Assembly (NCBI GenBank): GCA_034717495.1
Contig: JAYELL010000001.1
Coordinates: 66,649 to 130,648 of the forward strand
From: Chloroflexota bacterium
GTDB lineage: Bacteria > Chloroflexota > Anaerolineae > JAAEKA01
Direction: 5' to 3'
DNA: 64,000 nt
Made by a program: the position numbers and the translations under genes. The notes beneath the pieces were generated by a model. That model was not told where the DNA came from, searched no databases, and saw nothing but the letters and a program-made list of their open reading frames with translations. Shown piece by piece: positions 58,465 through 64,000 of this stretch. Numbering within the stretch: the first letter of the stretch is position 1; the number at the start of each line of letters is the position of its first letter.

Positions 58465-59511
58465 TTACGCAGGCTGTTGCCGGTCGCCTGACCGACCAGA
58501 CTCAACTCTGATACCCGGCGCACCAGTGGTGACCGGAAGACCCCGCCCGCCGGCTTCGTTGATGGCCGCTACGACGCCGGCCTGGTCGTCCGGTGCAGCC
58601 AGCGCGATGATAATGCCTCCGCCGCCGGCGCCGGATATCTTGGCGCCCAGTGCTCCCGCGCCGATCGCCGCCTCGATGAGAGCGTCGTTTTCGGGGGCCG
58701 ATGTTCCGATTTTGTCCTGGATCAGTTGGTGGAGATTGAATAAATGGCCAAGGCTGAAAAGGTCGTGATTGCTCAACTCCTTTTCGATCTGGTTTGACAA
58801 CCAGCCCATGTCGCCAAAAAGATGCATCTTGGCAGGATGGGCTTCCAGATATTTTCGTACGATGGTGTTGAGTTTGGCGGTGCTGCGATCCTCGACGAAG
58901 GCCTGGCCCACCACCAGTGGCAAGGCCTTCTGTATGGCCAGGGGCTGCGCCCCATCTTCTACTGTGTAGCGGACCAGACCGCCCAACGCGATAGTGCTGC
59001 TGTCCAGACTGGAGGCGATACCTCCGTGGGCAATGATATCGCCCTGCCAGGCCACAAAGATTACATCGTCCGGAGTTGGCTGGTAGCCAGCCAGATGGAA
59101 GGCTGCCAGCGCCATAGCAGTGGAGGCTGCGGCGCCGGACCCGAGGCCTGAACTGATAGGGACATCGGAAAACCATTCGATGTCCAGGCCCGGACCACCG
59201 ACCTGCTCGATCACGTGGGCCAGCACGTAGCGGGTAGGTGCAAAAAAGTCCCTGGCCATCTCCCGTATCGCGTCCAACTGCCCGGTCTCCCGTAACCTGT
59301 CCACGTCAGCTTTGAAGGCGAAAAGACGATCCCGGGAACAGGTTTCGAAGCGTTCTCCCGATCGCAAGGTGAAATGTTGATCCGAGCGAGTCTTTGCCCG
59401 ACAGGTCGTACGCATGTCGACGGCGGTGCAGAGTGCCGGCTGCCGGCGGTTTACCCCATGATCGCCGCAGAGGATGATCTTGGCGGGCGCTGATGTGACG
59501 ATGCTTGTCAT
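58465..59511 (-). CDS. GHMP-family kinase
   Basis: N-terminal APAKIILCGDH; motif 2 PISSGLGSGAAAS; C-terminal GAKISGAGGGG. Confidence 0.75.
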   Translation of the reverse strand: MTSIVTSAPAKIILCGDHGVNRRQPALCTAVDMRTTCRAKTRSDQHFTLRSGERFETCSRDRLFAFKADVDRLRETGQLDAIREMARDFFAPTRYVLAHVIEQVGGPGLDIEWFSDVPISSGLGSGAAASTAMALAAFHLAGYQPTPDDVIFVAWQGDIIAHGGIASSLDSSTIALGGLVRYTVEDGAQPLAIQKALPLVVGQAFVEDRSTAKLNTIVRKYLEAHPAKMHLFGDMGWLSNQIEKELSNHDLFSLGHLFNLHQLIQDKIGTSAPENDALIEAAIGAGALGAKISGAGGGGIIIALAAPDDQAGVVAAINEAGGRGLPVTTGAPGIRVESGRSGDRQQPA

Positions 59512-59515
59512 GATC

Positions 59516-61612
59516 TCATTTTTCGATGGAATCGATCCGGGCGATGGCGTAAGGTCGGAGATTCAGAGTCAACGTGCCCGCAGAGGTTTCGGTGACTTCT
59601 CCGTCGCTCAGGCGGAAGGTTTCAGGGAATCGCATCGCCTCCTCGCCATTGGTTTCATCCAGGACTCTGACGTCGACCCTCCCGGGTAATCCGGAGGTGG
59701 CTACCTGCTGCATTTCATTGCTCAGGTTGGCGACCAGCACCCTGACCCTGTTGCCATAGCGCATTGCAAGTGAATCCACAAGAAGAGGGTTGCGGGATTC
59801 CGTCGGGATTACCTCTCCGCCGGCGAACTCGCCTACATCAGCCAATACGTGATACACAGGAAATACGGAGCCGGGGATCGATTGAAAATACTCTGGAAGA
59901 GGCGAACCCGCTTGTGTCTCCATTACCCCTCGCCACCCGACAGTCTCGAAGTAGGTCGTGCTCAGAGCGCCGGCCTCCGCGAGGAATTTCAGGCTGCCCA
60001 GGGTCCAGCCTGCGCCAAAGAGGGACATCTGTCGCTCATCCACTTCGGCAGGCAGTTGGCCGGTGGGCCTCTGCTCTTCCGGTTCGCTGGCATAGGGATT
60101 GAAGCGCATCTTTAGTGTCACTGGTGTAACAGCAATGGGCAGGTTGCCTGTGATCTGTTGAGCACTTTTGACCGTAGCTGCCTGGGCTGCCAATGTCTCC
60201 ATCAGGGAAGAATTGTCGAAGGCGTGGACCTGTGGATTGACCGAATAACAGGCCAAATCAGATGCTTGCATTTGTGGACGCACCTGGTTCAGCTGGGTGA
60301 AGAACTGGTTGGTTCCCGCGCCGAAGCGGGCTGTCGGATCATAAGTTGCCAGTCGGTCACGAGCCAATCCGACCCATCTGTTCGACGTGGCAGCCTCATC
60401 ATCATGGAAGATGAGCCAGGCCCAGACGGGCGGCTTCAAATTCTGGAGGATCCGTGCAAATTCCGTAAGTTCTTTCTGAGCGTTGTTGGAGAGAAAGAGG
60501 GCAATCTCCAGTGCTACATCGAGTTGCCTGGCTTCTGCAATGGCCTGCCGTAACTTGGATTGGTAACCCGAATGTGAAAGCCTTACTCCTACCCGAAGAT
60601 GGGCAAGGTTGAGAGCCGCTAAACGCTCCAGTTCATTTTCTGTCAGAGGCATTCCGTGGCTTGCGATTCCCAGCCCGACCCGCGGCAGACGCCTGCCGGC
60701 GTCTTTGCCAAGCGAGATCGTCACGGCAGACTGCCCGGCGGACTGAGCCTGCAGCGGAACATTGCCCTCCAGGGCCAGTGATATCCTTTGAAAAATCCTG
60801 GTGCCCTTGGAGACTTCGACCGGGAAGGGCAAGCGAAGGGGCGTACTATATGTCTTGAAGGAGGCGTCGGTCCAATTGCGCTGATCCTCCATCTCGAAGA
60901 TATCACCCTCAAACCGTAGCCCGGCCCACAGATTCGCTTGGACCTGGTGCTTCACGGCTCTCATTTCCTCGAATGGGTGAAGCGGTTTCACCTGGCCGTC
61001 GACAATCAGTTGGGGGGCGATGGACATCGGAAAAGCGCTGTCGTCTGTGGTGCCATCAACGTGTTCTATCTGGCAAAGGGCGCCGGCGCACCTCATCGGA
61101 TGCAGAACGCAGAAGCCGATCCGGCTGCGAAGAAATGTGGAATGGGCCTGTCCATCCATGCTGAAGGTGATCGTGCCATCCGGCGCGCCCGTGATCACTC
61201 CATGCCAGCGGAAGTCGATGCCGCCCTCCCGGTTGTGGGCGTCGTAGGTGATCTGGAAGCGGTCGCCATCGATTTCGAGGCGTTCGTTGGTCAGCACCGG
61301 TGCGACCGTGCCCCAGTTTTTGTCTCGCACGGCGACATACACCCTGCGCAGGATCTCCTGGTCACCCAGCCGCACGTAGCGCAGATCGCCGGCTTGATAG
61401 ATTAGGGCCAGGGGGCCGGCGCGCAATGAAACCTTCTCGGGAAGAGAATCCTGGGCACCGTAGCGAAGCACATTTCGAGGGAGGCGCATAGGGCATGGCT
61501 CCAAACTGTGGAGATCGGCAGCTGATGTGGTAGGAGGTATGACCACTTCCACTATATCATATCGCGAGCTCTTTGTCCAGGTCAGATTGATGTCGCCGTC
61601 GATGCGGCTCAT
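59516..61612 (-). CDS. large hypothetical protein (up to 698 aa) heading an operon with the GHMP kinase, cyclase and RPE genes
   Basis: Long ORF with coding-like composition; 4-nt gap to the GHMP kinase gene. No family recognised. The start is ambiguous: Met at 61612, or an internal Met at 61489 with ggag 9 nt upstream. Confidence 0.45.
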   Translation of the reverse strand: MSRIDGDINLTWTKSSRYDIVEVVIPPTTSAADLHSLEPCPMRLPRNVLRYGAQDSLPEKVSLRAGPLALIYQAGDLRYVRLGDQEILRRVYVAVRDKNWGTVAPVLTNERLEIDGDRFQITYDAHNREGGIDFRWHGVITGAPDGTITFSMDGQAHSTFLRSRIGFCVLHPMRCAGALCQIEHVDGTTDDSAFPMSIAPQLIVDGQVKPLHPFEEMRAVKHQVQANLWAGLRFEGDIFEMEDQRNWTDASFKTYSTPLRLPFPVEVSKGTRIFQRISLALEGNVPLQAQSAGQSAVTISLGKDAGRRLPRVGLGIASHGMPLTENELERLAALNLAHLRVGVRLSHSGYQSKLRQAIAEARQLDVALEIALFLSNNAQKELTEFARILQNLKPPVWAWLIFHDDEAATSNRWVGLARDRLATYDPTARFGAGTNQFFTQLNQVRPQMQASDLACYSVNPQVHAFDNSSLMETLAAQAATVKSAQQITGNLPIAVTPVTLKMRFNPYASEPEEQRPTGQLPAEVDERQMSLFGAGWTLGSLKFLAEAGALSTTYFETVGWRGVMETQAGSPLPEYFQSIPGSVFPVYHVLADVGEFAGGEVIPTESRNPLLVDSLAMRYGNRVRVLVANLSNEMQQVATSGLPGRVDVRVLDETNGEEAMRFPETFRLSDGEVTETSAGTLTLNLRPYAIARIDSIEK

Positions 61613-61803
61613 TGCTCATACGGAGTTGGTCGCCAAAACCGGATTCGCTTCATGTCTCTGGCTGCTATTCCATTGATCATCCTTCGGTGTGGTATAATTT
61701 GTGGCGTTCCGAATCCATCCAACCTCCCCTAACCGGCGAGGGCAGTTTTCCACTACCCTCTCGGAGGAGCAAGCGCAGCAACTCAAGGATGCCCTCAAGG
61801 AAA

Positions 61804-62352
61804 ATGAGTGAGCCCTCTGATCTCAGCCTTTTTCATCGGCTGTTCGACAAATCATATCCTGCTATCCGTTTCTTTTACGAAAGGGTCATGGGTCACGTCT
61901 GGTTCAGCCAGATCACGCCACAGCTCTGGTTGGGTGGCGCGCCCACCTACAAACGTGACTACCAGGTACTGCTGGAGTATGGTATCAGCGCCGTGCTAAA
62001 CGTACGGGCCGAACGGGCCGATGAAACCTTCTTTTATGATCAGCACGACATTACCCACGTGCGCTACCTGGTGCCCGATGTTTCGATACCGGACGAGAAA
62101 ATCCTTAGCGAGGCGGTCGATTGGATCAAATCCCAGGTGGAGGATGATCGGGTTGTTCTGGTTCACTGCGCGAAAGGCCGGGGTCGGTCTGCGACCCTGC
62201 TGGCCGCCTATCTGATGCGTGAAGAGGGCATGACCTTCGACCAGGCCAATGAGCTGTTGAAGACCAAACGCTCCCTGACCAAGTTGCAGTCGCGACATCG
62301 CCAGGTTTTAGAGGGATGGATGGAGACGCAGCAGCAAGGGGGAAGTAAATAA
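61804..62352 (+). CDS. dual-specificity / Cys-based protein phosphatase
   Basis: Catalytic P-loop VHCAKGRGRSAT (HCx5R(S/T)). 182 aa from the Met preceded by aaggaaa. Confidence 0.7.
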   Translation: MSEPSDLSLFHRLFDKSYPAIRFFYERVMGHVWFSQITPQLWLGGAPTYKRDYQVLLEYGISAVLNVRAERADETFFYDQHDITHVRYLVPDVSIPDEKILSEAVDWIKSQVEDDRVVLVHCAKGRGRSATLLAAYLMREEGMTFDQANELLKTKRSLTKLQSRHRQVLEGWMETQQQGGSK

Positions 62353-62367
62353 GTAGAGAAGTAAACA

Positions 62368-62483
62368 AGGAAACAAGTAGACAAGTCAACATGATCGTTG
62401 GCACACCAGCAACGATGAAAATGCAGGCTGGCACGGTCGGGCCCACTTCGCTGGCGCTGCGGGGTGCTTCGCAAAGACCGGCC
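62368..62483. repeat. right copy of the 116-bp inverted repeat (partner at 51207-51322), flanked by gtaaacaa/ggaaacaa and gggaagta/gtaagtat octamer repeats
   Basis: See the left copy. In sense orientation relative to the downstream squalene-synthase-like gene (start 62537), as the left copy is relative to the Gfo gene (start 51035). Confidence 0.8.
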
Positions 62484-62536
62484 AGAGCGGCTATTCACAG
62501 TACAGTGGGAAGTAAACAAGAGGTAAGTATGCAAGT

Positions 62537-63622
62537 ATGAGTGAGGACTTTGTGATTCTGGAACAAGAGCGGTTGTATCTGCAATCCTCTATGAACGGCG
62601 TGTCTCGTTCCTTCGCCATCGTGGTGCCAAATCTTGAACCACCGCTTGATGACTATTTTGCCACCGCCTATCTTATCTGCCGGGTTGTCGATAACATCGA
62701 AGACTGCACCCACCCGTTTTACTGGCAGCAGCAGCGTTTTAGCGAATTCCACCAACTGCTTTCCCATCCTGAATCGGCCCGAGAGATCCTGGCTGTCTGG
62801 GATCAGGAATCCTGGCCAGGCTTGACGATCGAAGAGGTGGCCATGATGGGAACGCAGTACGGTGCGCCACTGTGGAAGATCTACGCGGCCATACCCGAAA
62901 GCGAAAGAGCGTCGATAGCCAAATGGGCTGGGACGATGGCAGATGGCATGTGTCGCGTTGAAGATCCTGATTTGGTGCCTCGGCTGATCGACCATGATGG
63001 TGTGTCGATGCTGGCCGACGCAGAGGACTATAATGGTTACTGCTATTATGTTGCCGGGACGGTCGGGCAAATGGCCACGGAACTGGCGATCTCCCATTAC
63101 CAGTTTCCAGATGACGTTGCGACCCTGCTTTTCGATAACGCCGAGGCCTGTGGACGCAGTCTGCAAAAGACCAATATCGTCAAGGATTTCGTCAAGGATC
63201 TGGAACGGGGTGTTTCCTACCTTCCCGATCAATGGCTACGACAGACCGGCTATAGCCCATTACGCCTGGCGGGAGCCCCGGTGGCGTGGAAGTATCAGGT
63301 GCTTGACGATGTCATGCAAGAGCTTCGCGACGCCACCCGTTATCTCGTTTCACTGCCATACAGCGCTTCCGGATATCGTATGGCCGCGCTGCTATGTCTG
63401 CTTCCAGCCTACCAAACACTTTTGCTGGCAGCGAAAAGGCAGGACAAACTGTTTACGGAGAAACATCAGATCAAGATTTCTCGCACGACCATGGCAAAAT
63501 GCAAGTGGGATGCCAAATCCATGATTGCCGATAATGAGGCTGTTCGACGTTACAGCCAGCGGATGGAGACGGCGGTTGCCGCTGCCTTTGGCGCAGCCGT
63601 TCCTGCCCCTGGGCGTCTGTAA
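62537..63622 (+). CDS. squalene/phytoene synthase family protein
   Basis: YCYYVAGTVG motif (canonical YCYxVAGTVG) and first Asp-rich region VVDNIEDC; 361 aa. Confidence 0.8.
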   Translation: MSEDFVILEQERLYLQSSMNGVSRSFAIVVPNLEPPLDDYFATAYLICRVVDNIEDCTHPFYWQQQRFSEFHQLLSHPESAREILAVWDQESWPGLTIEEVAMMGTQYGAPLWKIYAAIPESERASIAKWAGTMADGMCRVEDPDLVPRLIDHDGVSMLADAEDYNGYCYYVAGTVGQMATELAISHYQFPDDVATLLFDNAEACGRSLQKTNIVKDFVKDLERGVSYLPDQWLRQTGYSPLRLAGAPVAWKYQVLDDVMQELRDATRYLVSLPYSASGYRMAALLCLLPAYQTLLLAAKRQDKLFTEKHQIKISRTTMAKCKWDAKSMIADNEAVRRYSQRMETAVAAAFGAAVPAPGRL

Positions 63623-63643
63623 GCTGATTCAGCAGGTGCCGGT

Positions 63644-64000
63644 TTGACCAACGACATTGGTTTCGAATATTATCAAACTCCAAAGGGATTGGTGCGGCGT
63701 TACTTTCAAACGCTGGGCCAGCTGTCCGGTCTTTTTTATGGATACAGCTATTCCTACGTACAGGAGAGAAAGGCAGCGGGCACGGCGCGGGCGCTCAAGG
63801 TTCTGCTTCTGCGATTTTATCTTTTCATTGGCTGGCCTTTTGTCGATCGGAACCTGGTGCAGCAGCCCTTTAACGAACAGTTTCGCGTTCGCCTTGAGAG
63901 GATGGGACCCACTTATATCAAATTGGGCCAGATTCTGAGCCTGCGAGAGGACCTTCTGCCGAAGGCATTGACCGACGAATTGAAGAATCTGCTCACTGAA
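63644..64000 (+). CDS. ABC1/UbiB-family atypical kinase, 5' portion (continues beyond the window; non-ATG start)
   Basis: The frame opens at the upstream gene's stop (63620-22) and contains GPTYIKLGQILSLREDLLP, matching the UbiB/ABC1 GPxxIKxGQxLSxRxDLLP motif. No in-frame ATG before 63902, so TTG 63644, TTG 63689 or GTG 63692 are candidate starts. Confidence 0.5.
   Translation, partial: MTNDIGFEYYQTPKGLVRRYFQTLGQLSGLFYGYSYSYVQERKAAGTARALKVLLLRFYLFIGWPFVDRNLVQQPFNEQFRVRLERMGPTYIKLGQILSLREDLLPKALTDELKNLLTE

Overview
High-GC bacterial window. The gene content (GH38 and GH2 mannosidases, a pentapeptide-repeat protein, Tat-signal proteins, URO-D-like paralogs) is compatible with a Chloroflexota-like anaerobe, but the taxon cannot be fixed from sequence alone. 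The window is almost entirely carbohydrate-catabolic accessory DNA arranged in long co-directional gene arrays. No rRNA, tRNA, CRISPR array, transposase or integrase was seen.

(1) Positions 1-2.7 kb: the 3' end of an Opp/Dpp-type ABC ATPase gene, a G/C-rich hairpin-repeat spacer, and a membrane-anchored pentapeptide-repeat protein.

(2) Positions 2.9-25.3 kb: a 22-kb plus-strand mannoside-type supercluster. It holds a GH38 alpha-mannosidase, a divergent RPE-like epimerase, four Gfo/Idh/MocA oxidoreductases, a ROK sugar kinase, a glycyl-radical enzyme (GRE) of the eliminase clade with no adjacent activase, two URO-D-family paralogs, two MFS transporters, a deoxyhypusine-synthase-like::GmhA-SIS fusion, an HldE-domain-I-like heptose-7-phosphate kinase homolog, a HAD phosphatase, and a GH2 beta-mannosidase. 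Runs of 8-bp-phased GACA-type repeats subdivide it into transcription units.

(3) Positions 25.8-31.6 kb: a minus-strand block with a Tat-signal DUF362 protein, a bicupin PMI-like isomerase, a tandem GNAT, and a pair consisting of an extremely acidic A/E/L/G low-complexity protein and an unknown 165-aa protein.

(4) Positions 31.9-47.9 kb: a 16-kb plus-strand operon. Order: SorC regulator, FGGY kinase, DhnA-type aldolase, class II aldolase, COG4091 oxidoreductase, Zn-ADH, unknown protein, fucose-isomerase-like protein, CUT1 ABC SBP and two permeases, then a divergent GroEL paralog whose nucleotide-binding loop reads DGTAA and a BNR propeller. Behind it lies a decayed S8 peptidase pseudogene.

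(5) Positions 48.9-62.5 kb: redox-heavy minus-strand operons (Zn-ADH, Gfo, GntR, three SDRs, 2-hydroxyacid dehydrogenase, RPE, cyclase, GHMP kinase, a 698-aa unknown protein) plus a divergent dual-specificity phosphatase (DSP). An ~11.2-kb segment is bracketed by a 116-bp near-perfect inverted repeat.

(6) Positions 62.5-64.0 kb: a squalene/phytoene synthase homolog and the 5' part of an ABC1/UbiB kinase.

Most unusual points: the dispersed 8-bp-phased promoter-proximal repeat family, the orphan sugar-cluster GRE, the heptose-pathway-like module, and the GroEL paralog embedded in a sugar operon.
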